Part shown: positions 48,901 through 62,160 of the stretch, piece by piece
Layout of the letters: each line of letters begins with the position of its first letter
Position numbering within the stretch: position 1 is the first letter of the stretch
Assembly (NCBI GenBank): GCA_002633005.1
Contig: NMRA01000491.1
Location: 1 to 64,000 of the forward strand
DNA from: Phoronis australis
Lineage: Eukaryota > Animalia > Phoronida
Length of the DNA stretch: 64,000 nt
Reading direction: 5' to 3'
The notes under the pieces: model-generated
Databases searched by the model: none
Told to the model about the DNA's origin: nothing
The model's input: only the letters and a program-made list of their open reading frames with translations
Program-made: the position numbers and the translations under genes

Positions 48901-51900
48901 GTTATTGAAAAGTTGTTTAGCTATATATTAGTTTCTTCTTTGCTAAAATTTAACTTAGAAAGCATGGTCATGTGTCCCAATTAATAATGGATACTAGGAA
49001 AAAAGTAAAAATATAATTCTACCTGCTTTCTACTTTCAGATAATACACACCTTCACTGAGGTAAAATCAGAGTTTTGCAGACAATTAGCTAAGTACACAC
49101 AGTCTTGTCAGTATGGTCCAACATATCCAACATAAGATAATGTTGTTAAGGTGTAAGAAGCCATAGAACAACTGAGAATGAATTGAATTTGAGCAAAGGA
49201 TGCTCGATGAGTAAAGTTCATAACATGGATTCTTTTTCAATGGTTTCAAAAAGAAAACAGGACAGAATAAAGCCAGATATCAGAGCCAGAATACGTATGG
49301 TATATTCGTGGAATGAAACGTTTGGAATAGAGAAGACGAACATCAGAAAATTGCTAGAAGCGTAGAGAGAAACAGCAAGTGAGTCGGAACAAATTGTATG
49401 AAAAAAAGCAAAGAAGTGCTGCAGATGACTCAAGCAAATTATGACTGTAACCCATAGAAATCTGGTCACAACCATTGCAGCGGGACAGTGAGTTCACACA
49501 TACTAGCATGACTCTGGTCGGTCTAGTCACAGTGAAGCAAGGCTTAATGACCCAGCCCTCAGCCACACTATTGAACGATTCAAACAACTAAATACACAGG
49601 GTGGTTCAAAAATACAATAATTTCCATTTTTGAAACAACCTTCTACTCTATAGAAGCACACAGCATCAATTTCTTGGGAAACGGAGAATGTTGTGCTAAA
49701 CGAACAGCCAACAGATGTCACAAATGAATTGCCAGCACATTAGTTTGTTTGGGTAAAATGTTCATGTTAATGTAAGCAATGTCTAATGGTGCTTTCCCAC
49801 TAACGTCACAACTCCCCTGTTTTGTAGAGTTGTGATTGAGAATCCACTCCTCTCAACACAAATGGATTAAATGGCAGACTTGGAACACTACCCTGCTGTT
49901 GAAAGGTGAAATATAGCTTGACAGGAGTTATCGCTAGAGGTCTTGACATGCATACAATCAAAAATTTTAGTCAACTATGCCATCTGGTGAGAGACTACAT
50001 CGCCATCTAGTGATAACTCCACTGTCGCTGGTTAATAGGAATCTGTAGAAAGTTAAAGGCGAGTAGCAGTGGAGTTTTGACAAGTCGAAGTTTCACCGGT
50101 GGGAAAGTGGCATTTAGTGCACGAATAACGAACAGTACATCCGACATCCCAAGAGGCTGACAACCAGTCTACAGTGAACTATGGTGGGGGACAATTATCT
50201 ATTAAGTCCACCTGTCCGTTGTAAAACATGTGAGAGTAAACACGGAGAACTGACGTCACCTAAAACATAATGAGCATGACAGTTGCGTCTCAGAGCTATG
50301 GCCTTATTGTGTCAGAACTATTCACAAATATCTTATCACACACGGGGCAATGGGACAACCACTTACCCAGCCAACGAGGTGACCAGCTGCCTAGCCAAAG
50401 GGCGACCAGCCACCCAGCCAAGGAGTGACCAGGCACCCAGGCAAGGGGCAGTGAGCCAGACGCCAAGCCAAGCGATTCAAACATGACACGCCTACTGAAT
50501 AATATGTTTGTTTATGGTACTGTACCTTAGCTAGAAAGGATAACAACTTTATACATAGTCGAGTGTTATACATATCGCATCGTTTGCTGAAGCGCTTGTT
50601 AATTGTTTTTTGAATTGAATTAGTCTAAAGCCATACTTATTGTTTGACATCGCGTCACTCAATTATCAATCAAAAGTCTGATTATATTCTAACAATTGAT
50701 GAGCATAAGCGCGGTGCAGTCATACAATCAGCAGAACAGACACCTTGCTAATAAAGCAAAAACTTCACATTCATTAACAGTCTGGCCTCACAAACTGCTC
50801 CTACTTTGTTAATGTTAAGTTTCAACTTCATTCAAAGTCTAACTTATTACAAAAACAACAAACAGTAAATTTAAATACAGTGTACATTGCTGTTCATCTG
50901 AGAGCCCACAAGCCACACCACTATAAACAATATGCAGTCATTGCAAAGTATCCATAACATCTTCACAAAGCCAGAATTGCCACAGACACAATCCCTTAAA
51001 GACAACTATGACTTTGAGTTTCAATAAACAACCTTATGCTTGCTGCTACAACAACAAGTCCAGTACAATGGCCTCACACCAGAGGCCAAGATCAACAAAC
51101 TTGACCCCAAAATTGACCAATCAGGTAGTAAGATTCAAGTAAATTTCCAATTATCGTCCAACGTGATTGGTTAATTTTCAGCTGAATTTGAATCAAAGTT
51201 AGGTCTCTCCAAGTCCTTACCAGCTGTTTTGGACTCGTCAAGTTGTACAAGATACGCTCTGCATTTTCACTGTCATGTCGACTCTCCATGATCGCTAACA
51301 ACAGTTTGGACGCATTGTTCTGAAAACACAAATTTGCACTTAAATGCCAAAATTCACAAGCCTTCGGCGATTTCCAAAAAAGTAGACTTCAGTTGGAGAA
51401 GATTTTGATAACATTACACAAAAAGAGAAACTAAAATGCCATTTTAATAACAGAAAGGGTCATTGACCAGTTGAGTGCAGAGACAACAGATGGAGTAGTT
51501 GTTAATCAGTGACTCCATGATAATGAGCTTTTAATCTCTTTGTAATGTACAGCTGCATTTAAAGTTACTTTCCACAACAAACAATAGTTCAGAATCTGCG
51601 TAAGTATAATTGGTCAGACAAATACCAAGTTAATATTAGCAACTCCTAGTCACCTTAAGGTCCAACACCAGGTCCATACGTCGTCGCCCCAGAGGGTTAA
51701 TGTCATTAGTTATGAGTGCAATGATGATGTCAATACCATTACTCTCATGACTCGCGATGGCGTTCTGTTAACGAGATGAAAAAACAATGAAAAAAATGTC
51801 AACCAACTCTCTGGACCAGCATGTTACAACTTTCACTTTGGTATTTCAGCTATTTCTCAAGCGACGCCCCTTTCTCACACAATTCATGTTCCAACCCTTA

Positions 51901-54900
51901 ACAATCCTTTAGCCAGCTCTGTCCTCACTCACTTCTCAAGCCACCCCCCTACCATACAAGTTTATGAAGCATCACTACCTTTATCCACCAGTACCTAAGC
52001 CCAACCACTTTCCTCAACAATCCTCAAGCCCAACATAATCATCAAAAGACCTTCACACCATTCACCTTCTCAAATCCTGACATAATTAATAAGCCCCGCC
52101 CAACTCAATCCACAAGCTCCAATCCTTCCTCCCATACACCTCAAGCTCTTCCAATTCCTCACCTGGCTCTCATGACATGGTCCCTGGCAGTACTCAATCA
52201 GCCTTCCCAATGTCTAATTGATGGTCCTCACACCATTCTCATTGAAATCCTAAGCTCCACCTTCACTTCAAACTGCATCCCTTTCCTCACGCTCCTCAAG
52301 TCCCTCCCCTTCCTCAACTGGCTATCATGACATGCTACCTGATAGTACTACATCACACTATACTATTCTTATTGACAACCAATTGGAAGCCCCACCCCCT
52401 CCCCAAGCTCCACCGCCTTCCTGACTCACTCCTCAAGCCCCTCCCCCTACCTCACCTGATTCTCATGACATGGTCCCTGACAGTACTCGGTCAGACTCTC
52501 CAGTGTCTGGTTGATGATTTCCACATTGTTCTCATTGATGTACAATCCCAGAAGTCCCAGTCCGCCAGTTGTACTGCCGCAGATCACATCCAAGAACTGA
52601 AGAGTCTCACACACAAGATTGTAGTTAGCTTTATTGTTCTGATGGCGCAGATAGTTCTGAAACAATACAACTACACATGAATAATAAGGAACACAACCAT
52701 GAATCCATTACTAATGAAGACAATGCCACAGGTAAAACAAGCACAAAGAGATTCCTAACTTGGCATGAAACTTTTTTGGAATGCTTTTTGGCCAAAATCC
52801 TGCTTAGTATCAAGAAATGAAATTTACCCAATGAGTCTGAACAGTACTACGCAATAAAAATGAGAAGAATACCCACCAAGACATTCCTTTTTGTACTTCC
52901 CTTGTGAGAACAAACATATGATAGCGCAGTGTCGAACCAGCACCTAAATGCAGGACTGCCCTGAACGCTACATGTCAGGAGTGCACCTCCATACCCCCAC
53001 ATTAGAGCCTCACCTGCAGTTCTCTGTTATGGTTCTCACATAGTAACTGCAGAAACCTAAGAATGGGCTGCATGACCGCTATCTCCGGTGACATCTTCTT
53101 CTCCTTTTCTTTCTCTTTCACTAGAGCCTTTTCTGCCACAATCTCATCATGGCTGTGCTGAGCGACCGTGCTGTCCTCGTGCTCCCGGTTGAGCGTACGT
53201 GACACGTGAGCGATGGCCATCTGTGTCTCCTGTGCTGCCTGGTCCAGTTCAGCTTTAAGCTCTTCGTGGATAACACTGCCATTCTGTTGAGGACCTGAAC
53301 ACACACCAACGTTTGGTGAATCTTTTAGAAATGTGAGCAACGAACATCAACGGTTGTTGAATCTTTCAGAAATGTGTGCAACAAACATCAGCGGTTGTTG
53401 AATCTTTCAGAAATGTGAGCAACAAACATGAACGGTTGTTGAATCTTTCAGAAATGTGAGCAACAAACATCAACGGTTGTTGAATCTTTCAGAAATGTGA
53501 GTATCAAATAAGTGGTTATAATTTACTCTCCAACTATTTTATACAAAAATATTTGTCAAAATCACCGCATTTCCATTTTCTTAAAGGCTGATTATTTTAC
53601 TGCAAATAATGCAAACTTTGCCAAACTTTGTTTTTTAATAATCAACTTTTCATAAATATCTGTATTTTCATGGAGAATTCTCACAAAATAAAATTTCACT
53701 CGTTGGTCCTATTGTGTGTTAAGTGTCGAATTACCGCATGACACAAAATTTCACATGGCAGCTGATGTTTCAACACCAATGAACAAGGTTTCATTCAACT
53801 CACCAGCTGTTGACATTGACCATCCTATCACACACAACCTTATTTAAATTTATAAAACCTTACACCAGGAAGATAACTCAAAGTAATACACTAAATTTTT
53901 CACAAGGAGATAGCTGACGGCACATTAGGAGACTTTTCATAATGATACTCTCTAGAGGAGGGCAAAAAAGTGACTTCCGATTGATCACGACTCATATTTG
54001 GTGGATAGAAATTCACAGTGGTCCATTAATTTAAAAGCAGAGGGATAAATTCCACTGTCAGCCCCTCCCACTGTTTGATTAGATTAAGTTCACCAAATAA
54101 ATTTATTTTAGCTTTCTTACATCGGCTGGTATTGAAATTCTCAAGCTTTATTAGTCGCAACCACTGGCTTTGTCGCGGATATTTCTTCACAGAAGGAAAT
54201 GTATGGATCACAATGTTCAGGCTCGTACATCCCTTGGTATTTCAAATGGTTTGCCTTTTCAATAAATTATTAGTACATCCCACAGCACTGCAGTAGAAAT
54301 TAGCCACCATTATAATGGCACAGCATTATAATGGCACAGCATTATAATGGCACAGCATTATAATGGCAGGAAAGGTGTCAAGACGCTTTTTATAGCAGTA
54401 AGTTGAGCTCCCGTTCGTAACACAAGAGACCTGTGAACGCTTGTCCACCAAGGACCTGATTGTCGTCTGGCAGGCTAATCAATTTCATTATGGCGCAGCT
54501 ATTTCGAAAGGCACCTATAGTATCATCAGGGCCAAGCAGACCATGCAGACTCTTGAAGTCAATTGGTTATAGCGTTTACTTTAGGAAACTTGTTTGTTCT
54601 CTCGATGACCGGACGACCGTGCATATCCACCTGGCCTATGTAGGTCTTAATTGTGCTGCTACCTACTTTTACCAAAACTATGCCTTACAACCACGTTTAA
54701 ATCAATTCCTCAACTGGTGATCTTTTGTTGGCCTAGTGACCTTTGCCCTCACCTCGTTTGCCCTGTGACCCTTCTTTCTGAACAGCATCACTCTTTTCTC
54801 CTTCTCTCTTCCCAGAAAACGTGTCATTAGTGTTGACAGTCTGGGTTGCCTTCAGTTCCGTCTGAGCTCCCCTGATTCTGTCGTAGAAAACTTTGAAGAA

Positions 54901-57900
54901 CGTCTCCGAATTCTTGTCGGTGGTAAGCCTCATCAGCAATGACCTCTATCAGAATAACACATTGAGCAGTCTCAATTCATTTATTAGGAAGACATTCCAG
55001 TTCAACCAAAAGTTCCAATCACTACTAAACCTCTTATCTGAACAAACTGTTCATTGAATGGACAACTTAGTCGATATTCACCAGGTGACGCTGATGAATA
55101 ATGCTCCTATTCTTAACATCTGAATATAGAGCAGAAAGCAGTTCTTTTGCATGGGTGTGACTACCTAATGCATGGATTTAATTTGCAGGAAGGAGCGTTG
55201 TTACACTGGCACCACCTGGTGAATTTATTCAAAGTTGCCCACCAGGACCACACAGGCTCGGTAGCTCGTCTGCTTACTTGCAGTATGAGAATAACTGGAC
55301 ACTGGTGTTGACCATCAACCACCTGTAATCATTCATCTCTAGACAAATCCTGGCAACGTTAAAAGTAACATAGATCAAGTGTAAGTTCTGTATACGCCAA
55401 CAGACATGGTAAGTCGGTCATTCCCACAATTCCTACCTGTATAGTTCCATTTCCTCCCTCCAACAGGGCGATGCCCAGTTCCACGGTTTCCACGAATATC
55501 TTGTAACTAGGCTTGGCCATGATCAGGTCAACAACAAGATCAGATGCTCCTTGGGCATCCAGATGGCACTGCAATAAAGGGATATCATGAAGTCCGTGCA
55601 CTTTGATAAAACGAAAGATATGTACATGATAGGAGCTTAATAATTGCTGTCGCAACTACTGTAGATAACTAGGAAGGCTTTAACTTGTTTCTATTAACTG
55701 TAAAAGGCAGGCCATCATGAAAATCCAAGGCACAATGTAAACAGATATATTGAAGTAGTCTACAGATACACTGGAGTAGCCTACAGGACGCTTATAACCT
55801 TCAACAGAGCATCTACTCTAATACGCACCAGATCCCCTAACCTCGTACAAATCATCATGATGATAGCCTTTGAAAAATCTCCTAACTTTCACCATAACCC
55901 CATAACAATAACCAAAATACCAGCTGTTCTACATACCGACTGAACCTCACCAGACCCTCATGGTCTTCAAGACCACCCAATGTTCATTACACCATCCTGA
56001 CCTTCAAAAGACGCCAACCATCTTCATCAGTCCTTCACACTTTTCACCAGATCCTTTTGACCTTCACCCCAGACCGTCTTGACCTTCACTCACTTACCTG
56101 TACTTCGTACAAGGTCATGTTGGCTCTCTTCAACCTCTGGGCACCCGGTCCATGGACTATCGCGCTGTGAGACTTCTGCAGTACACTCAAGTCCTGACCG
56201 GGCGTCAGGGCATCTTTACGATCCTTGCGCGTCTTATTATAACGCTCCTTGTAGTAGCGTTGCAGAAGATTCTTCCTAAGAGCATCACCCTACAACAGTC
56301 ATTGGCTAGTTTTTGGAAATAAAAATATAATGCAGTGCTCACTGGCCAATCATTGGGGAATGCTGACAGAGGGCAATTCGAATTGGTCGATGCCTGTGGA
56401 ATGTTAAAAAGAGGCAGTTCTAATTGGTCAGTATTTTTGAAATGTTGACACAAGGCACTTCTCATTGGTCAATGTCTTTGGAATGTTAACAGAAGGCAGT
56501 TATGATGGACAGATGTTCTTGGATAGATCAGCATTAATGCAACAAAGCCATTAACAAGACACTCATGTTGGGATGTGAGCATTCAGGCTTAAAAAGCTTG
56601 AGAGCAGGGAAACTTGAACAGGCTGTTTCAAAAATATGCACCACACTTGAAATTGCAATGCCTCTATATAAGATCCACAATTTTGAAATACATATTGACT
56701 TTTGAGGTAACTAACGCATGAGTAAAACCAAATCGATATCTGCCAGCAGTGACAGATATTACCCTCCATGCTCAAAATAGAGAAACCATCGTCCATTGCA
56801 TGAGGAGAAAATACCAAACCTAGTTGAAATTTCCCACATAACATAGAACCGCATGACGTGAGTGTGGAAACAAAAGGTGCAACGACGTTTATACTAAGTA
56901 AAAAATAGGATACTCCGAGCATTTAGACTGCACTGAATAACAGTTACCAGTAGATACTCCGAGCATTTAGACTACACTGAATTACAATTACCGGTAGATA
57001 CTCCGAGCATTTAGACTGCACTGAATTACAATTACCGGTAGATAAAAGGTGGCTCGGTTAGTCTACATTTATTCAGCACACAATATGGCCGACAAGTTAA
57101 AATCTATTTTGTCAAATTTCTTCAAAAAAATAAATACGTTTACGAAAATTTTAGTCAACGGTAATTCTAGCAAAGTTTGTATTGCATGCTTCTGTCTAGT
57201 AGATGTCATAAATGATCATTTGGTAAATAAAAGTTTCCAACACATGTAGCAAAGTAATGAGCTTTAATTTGAAAAACGGAAAAATACAATTTTAGCAATT
57301 AATTTTTATGCAAGATAAGTCTGAGAATTATGAGAGTTTGTAGAAGATTGACTTACAATTTATTTAATACTTTTTTTCAAGATCAATGTTTCAATTAGAA
57401 CCTCCCACAACAACAAGACCACAATTGAGAACTTCATAATAGTATTGGTAACGCTTTTAAGCCGTTTAAAACCATACTCTACACAAAAATTCTAGTCTTT
57501 TAACACAATCTTTAAGAAAGCTAAAAATTAAATGTAACAAAACTATAAATTAAAAGTTGAATCCATCAACAACACTCATTATCATTGCAAGTGTTCTGAG
57601 GTACTAACTCAAAAGAACAAAACAGCAGGATAATAATATCAACAATGAAAATTCAAGCCACATAAGCCAGCAAAAGCATAAAAATACAAAGCTTGTGTAA
57701 CAAAAAATTTTAACTGTTGACACATATACTTCATGCCGAGTTTCCTCGATTCTGTGCTGATTGTTAGTTGGACAATCTACGCTATACGAACACTTAATGT
57801 CAATGGTTATCAAGGCAATGTGATTATTCTAAAGCTAATGGTAACAGTGACATACCAGGTATAAACGAGGTGTCGCTACCATGACCTAGTGCTGATATTG

Positions 57901-60900
57901 CAAACAAAACATTCGTGCAATAATGTAAAAAAAAGAGTTAGAAAATGGAATATAATTAATAAATAACATTCCTAGCATTCAATTAAGAAAAAAATAAGAC
58001 ACCTGTAGTTAGATAATTCCCAGAACATTTTGGTTTATTTACACCAGTCTCATCACCAGCATTTCAGTGTAGTGGAATTGAATTAGTCTTAATAGGCACA
58101 ATGCTGGACATGGAGTATGGTTTCAGTAATTAAATTTACCCAGTATAAAAATATTACATTACTATTGTCGAACTTTATGCTATAAGGAAAACCCCAAAAA
58201 TTTCAAAATTTAGCACTCATGAAATAAAGTTGTTTAAATTAAAAGAAACAAAAGTAACAACATGTTATTTCATGCTCTTGCAAGGAATAAAGAATACTTA
58301 AAAAAAAGAAACAAAAGCTTAAAATAGAAAATTCTGAAATCAAAAGAAATCGCTCATAAAAATTATTACTACCAAGACACATATCACAAATTTTTGTCCG
58401 ACCGATCGGCTAGGAGTCGATGACTGACCGTTGACCGGACAGCAAATTAGTCGGGAAAAAATTAGCCGACGGGCAGCCGGCCGCAGTGCCGACTCATAAG
58501 GTGACCCCCCAGCCGACTCTACTGCTGACCTTAATTGCCGACTGGCCATCAGCTGACCCGCTCAATACACAGTGGCACCTTGCTGTATTTTGACATACAG
58601 CTAGCTGGCTTGATAGGAAGGCTCTAACTTTGAAACGATTTTTTACTCCGAAAGTGACAACAAATTCATAATGATGATGGATCATAGCTGACACTATAAC
58701 CGATCACATTTCTTGTTTTTATGCGCCCATGACCATAATATCTATGCCATGTTCAAACCATTGTTTATGTTGCTCCTAAAATAACCTTTTGTTCTATTGC
58801 TGAACCAACATAATAAGAAATTGTAGAAAAATAAACAAAAGCGCAATATACAGCGTGATAAAGTGATGATCAAGAGCAATAACGGATGAGCGCAAATGCG
58901 TGCTACTTGTTGAGCATTCCCCGGCATCACAACACTTGAGGTCGTAAAACATCCAGCGTTGTATTTTGATTTTTATGCAAATTTACTGTAACATTTCAAA
59001 TTTTTTAGTTGTTAAAAATTTTTATGCATAAAAGTCTTATATCTAGAATTCAAAATCATGTTTCCGCGATATCATTTAACGTTTGAATTTACCACGCTGT
59101 CAACAATTCAACATAAAGTTTGCGTTGGTGTAATTTCCCACAATTCGTATTTGTAAGTTGATTTGATTTACCACCTTTCAATAGTTGAACAAACGTTGAT
59201 ACACTGATGTCAAGACCGGACTGGCCACTGGTGAACGAACAGCGAATGTCAGTTAAATGTTTGTTTGGCCAAAGTTCACCCGCTAAGTCATAAAATGGTA
59301 ATTGCTGACCAAGGGCACGCATAATCCGAATTGGTCGTCTATGCCAGGTGACCACTTTGCCGACCGAAGAGGCGACTCAGCAGAAGGCTCCTAGCAGACC
59401 GTTGTTGGTCGGCTGCTGGTCGGCTATACAGATGGCCGGTTGATGACTGGCCGTCGACCAATTTCCGGCCGGTCGGACAAAAATTTGTGATGTGTGCTGT
59501 ACAATAATCTTCAGTTGGTGAAAGCAGACCGAGCAGGGAAGAATTCATCACAGTTACACAAGCAAACCAAGCCCCAAGAAGCTAACACTCAAGTGACATC
59601 ATGCATGGCCACTGAAATATAGTGGGAGACATTGCTGCTATCTAAACTCAATGCTGTTTCCACGGACAATCGTCACCACGGTAACAGCGTTGTCTTACCC
59701 TCTTAAGGTCGGCAATCTCTTTTGAGCTCATATTCCGCAGGTCAACCTTCAAGTAATGTTTACAGCACATGACCCAATAGCAAACACAATGACAGGAGAG
59801 GCCAAAGTGCCCAATATGCCTGGCCATGCATACAGCTGGAATAAGAAGCACCTACCCTGACACCAGAGGGCTCTCCCGTAGGACGGAGATGGCAGGAACA
59901 TGTCACCAGGTACCTTCTGAGGGGGGGGGGGTTTGGGGGGGAACTTGCTCAGCCATGCATAGTCGATATTTTGTTAATTTGCTCAATCGCGCATCGTCTC
60001 AGGTTGGTATTTTGCTTGTATGAATGCTACGCCTTCTTAGGTGTGGATTCAGTAGAGTAAGTTAATGGGCAATGGTAATGTCATAGTTTCAGGTAGGCAC
60101 TTCTATATTACCGTATAAACTTATTCAGTTTGGGACACAGTAGGGCAGACGAGTGAAATTTCATTATGCCAAATTTCTCAGCAACAACAATTTTTCAGAA
60201 AAATTCACTCTGCTTTTAGGATGGCTTGTATGGCGTAGTATGGTAAAAGTCTAAGCATCTGCAACAATGTGGTAAGTCTCCGAAAAAATAGAAATATGGA
60301 AATCCTAGTAATTATTTTTGACCCTTATTGAAGAATTCTTTGAGACTTTAATTTGGTATTGGCTTGAGTACCCAAATATCTGGCTTGCCAGGCATTGCAC
60401 GAGTAAGCATTTTGAACTTGCCGTGACCCCCACTACCCACTAAGTGGACGATAACTCCAAGAGCCACTGAGCCATTTGGTAATTATATGGCAATGCGTAT
60501 TAGCAACAAGAACAGAACAGAAAAGATAACAACTGTCAACAATCTTTCAAAGCCACATTCAGTGAAGTCAACAAGGCCAATTTGAAAATCAAACGAGTCA
60601 AATTTATTTTAAGGTTAGAGAGAATCAAGACAAAGAAATAATCGTTTCAATCAGACCATATGTTAACCCCACCTGTAAAAAAGAAAATTCTTAAAAAAAT
60701 AAATAGTTGCTGCATGAAAAATAGAATAAAGCCAAAAATGGAAGATTTTAAAGATGGTGCACACTTGGCTTAAAAAACTGTTGACTTGTGATAAAATGTT
60801 TAACTGCGGCATCAGCGGTGATGTCAATACTATGAGCAAAGTTCACTACGGCTGAGAAGAAAAGTCATCCAGTGCCTCAGACATAAGACAAAGTCATCCA

Positions 60901-61761
60901 GTGCCTCAGACATAAGACAAAGTCATCCAGTGCCTCAGACATAAGACAAAGTCATCCAGAGCCTCAGACATAAGACAAAGTCATCCAGTGCCTCAGACAT
61001 AAGACAAAGTCATTCAGTGCCTCAGACATAAGACAAAGTCTAAAGCTAAAAGTCAAAGAGTTGACATGTCATTAACTCATAGAAACCTAAACATGAAGAC
61101 TCGCAAAGCACTAAACATTTGTCGTGCGAGAACCTTTTGCGCTGCGAAACGGCATAGCAAAAAAGGGACACCCTTTTCACACAATTTTAACAAAGGCAAT
61201 GCAACTTTCAAACAAAACAAAGAGAAATCCCAATATCCCAAAGGAGGGCGCACTCACAGAACAAGGTGAGAAACCTCCCATATACCAAGTAATTCTAACA
61301 CAGCCTACAGTTTCGAGATCAACTGTACCTACGTTACCATACACAGTACAAAGTACACGAAGGTACCGCTAGGTGGCAACAACAGTTGTGAGAACCATGT
61401 GATCAGTCTTTGTGGTTTAATTTTTTTAGTGACAATTGGTCTCGATCTTTACACCAAGACAAGTAACAGGTCTTAGATTAAGAAGTTAATAGAAATCAGT
61501 ATGATGAATGGCCGATGGCCGCCTGCTATCAATGTCGACAGACAGTGATAAGTCACAGCAACTTTCAGTTCAGTGAAAATAGTGCTCACAGCTGACAGCA
61601 TGCAAATATCTGAGTGCGTGTGGCCTGGCCAGGTGTTGACAGCGCCTACCTTCTTGCCAAACTCATTATCCACCGACATCATTTCCTTGAGTGTCTGCAG
61701 TACCTTGATACATAGCTTGTCCTCCTTTTCTTCAATCAACCTCTGGCAGTGTTTGATCAGC
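34680..61761 (-). CDS. ITPR: Inositol 1,4,5-trisphosphate receptor, C-terminal ~1117 aa (21 exons; 5' part outside the window)
   Basis: Exons: 61650-61761, 56098-56289, 55437-55568, 54753-54945, 53014-53294, 52456-52656, 51654-51764, 51221-51319, 47988-48125, 47574-47693, 45955-46147, 45168-45290, 43713-43885, 40362-40526, 39765-39951, 38884-39063, 38372-38538, 37661-37826, 36712-36872, 35773-35934, 34680-34778. All are GT-AG and the phases are consistent. Hallmarks: [55 protein letters not shown], pore [37 protein letters not shown]...[33 protein letters not shown]. Confidence 0.97.
35145..35325. repeat. Compound (TA)n/(TG)n microsatellite
   Basis: Direct reading. Confidence 0.95.
36248..36370. 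repeat. Minisatellite, 24-bp unit x5
   Basis: TTTTCAACTTGGTAAAAGTACATA tandem. Confidence 0.95.
39408..39546. repeat. Minisatellite, ~23-bp unit x6
   Basis: TAATACATCAGTTGTGAACATTA tandem with variants. Confidence 0.9.
41590..42900 (-). pseudogene. Decayed L1/Tx1-clade LINE ORF2 3' fragment
   Basis: Minus-strand peptides [14 protein letters not shown] and [34 protein letters not shown] (zf-RVT-like C..C...ET....F..C motif), interrupted by stops and frameshifts. Boundaries are approximate. Confidence 0.7.
43010..43275. repeat. Minisatellite, ~43-bp unit x6
   Basis: TGTGGATGACGTGTCATTTCACACCAGTACAAATTACTTTCT tandem. Confidence 0.95.
45848..45935. repeat. (TAA)n(CAA)n microsatellite just inside an ITPR intron
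   Basis: Direct reading. Confidence 0.9.
47321..47630 (-). repeat. 80-bp tandem repeat containing the exon 3' end and splice donor
   Basis: Four units, each ending ...GCACAGATTGAG|GTGAG (with variants) on the minus strand. Confidence 0.9.
53305..53502. repeat. Minisatellite, ~41-bp unit x5, abutting an ITPR splice acceptor
   Basis: CAACGGTTGTTGAATCTTTCAGAAATGTGAGCAACAAACAT tandem. Confidence 0.9.
56909..57043. repeat. Minisatellite, 44-bp unit x3
   Basis: GATACTCCGAGCATTTAGACTGCACTGAATTACAATTACCGGTA tandem. Confidence 0.9.
58378..59496. mobile_element. ~1.1-kb non-autonomous TIR element (EnSpm/CACTA-like architecture)
   Basis: TIR CACAYATCACAAATTTTTGTCCGACCG at 58378, with its reverse complement ending at 59496; CCGAC/GTCGG-rich subterminal repeats at both ends; no ORF. 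The superfamily is an inference. Confidence 0.75.
60862..61039. repeat. Minisatellite, 29-bp unit x6
   Basis: AAGTCATCCAGTGCCTCAGACATAAGACA tandem, without spacers. Confidence 0.95.
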
Positions 61762-62160
61762 CTGTCAACATCACGTACAAAGTGGTACACAATGTTATAT
61801 GCCCAGAGCTACTTAGTTAAGTAGAGTATGCCAATATATTGGTACAAAGTAGTACATAGAGGTACATAGCCAGCGATACTAACTGAGGTAGACTAGGAAA
61901 ACACTGTCTGGTACAAAATGGTACACAGTGGTAGATTGGGTTCAATGTGTACCCCTGGTTCCCAACAGTACATAGAGAAATGCCCAGCAATACAGCCAGG
62001 ACATAACGATACCAAGTAATACACAAAGTACACAAAAGTACCAACAAATACCCACTGGGTGAGGAAATTTCCTCAAATTACAGTCAGTCACACATCTCTG
62101 ACAATTAGAAAACCAAATATTACTTTCCACTAAAACCCTCTACCTTGCACATGTAGCCGT

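Noticed and set aside
50179-50211. Alternative ITPR exon starting VDL (parallel to the VDV exon at 48125)
   Set aside because: An acceptor-like CAG is present, but the frame stops after 10 codons ([10 protein letters not shown]) with no further similarity.
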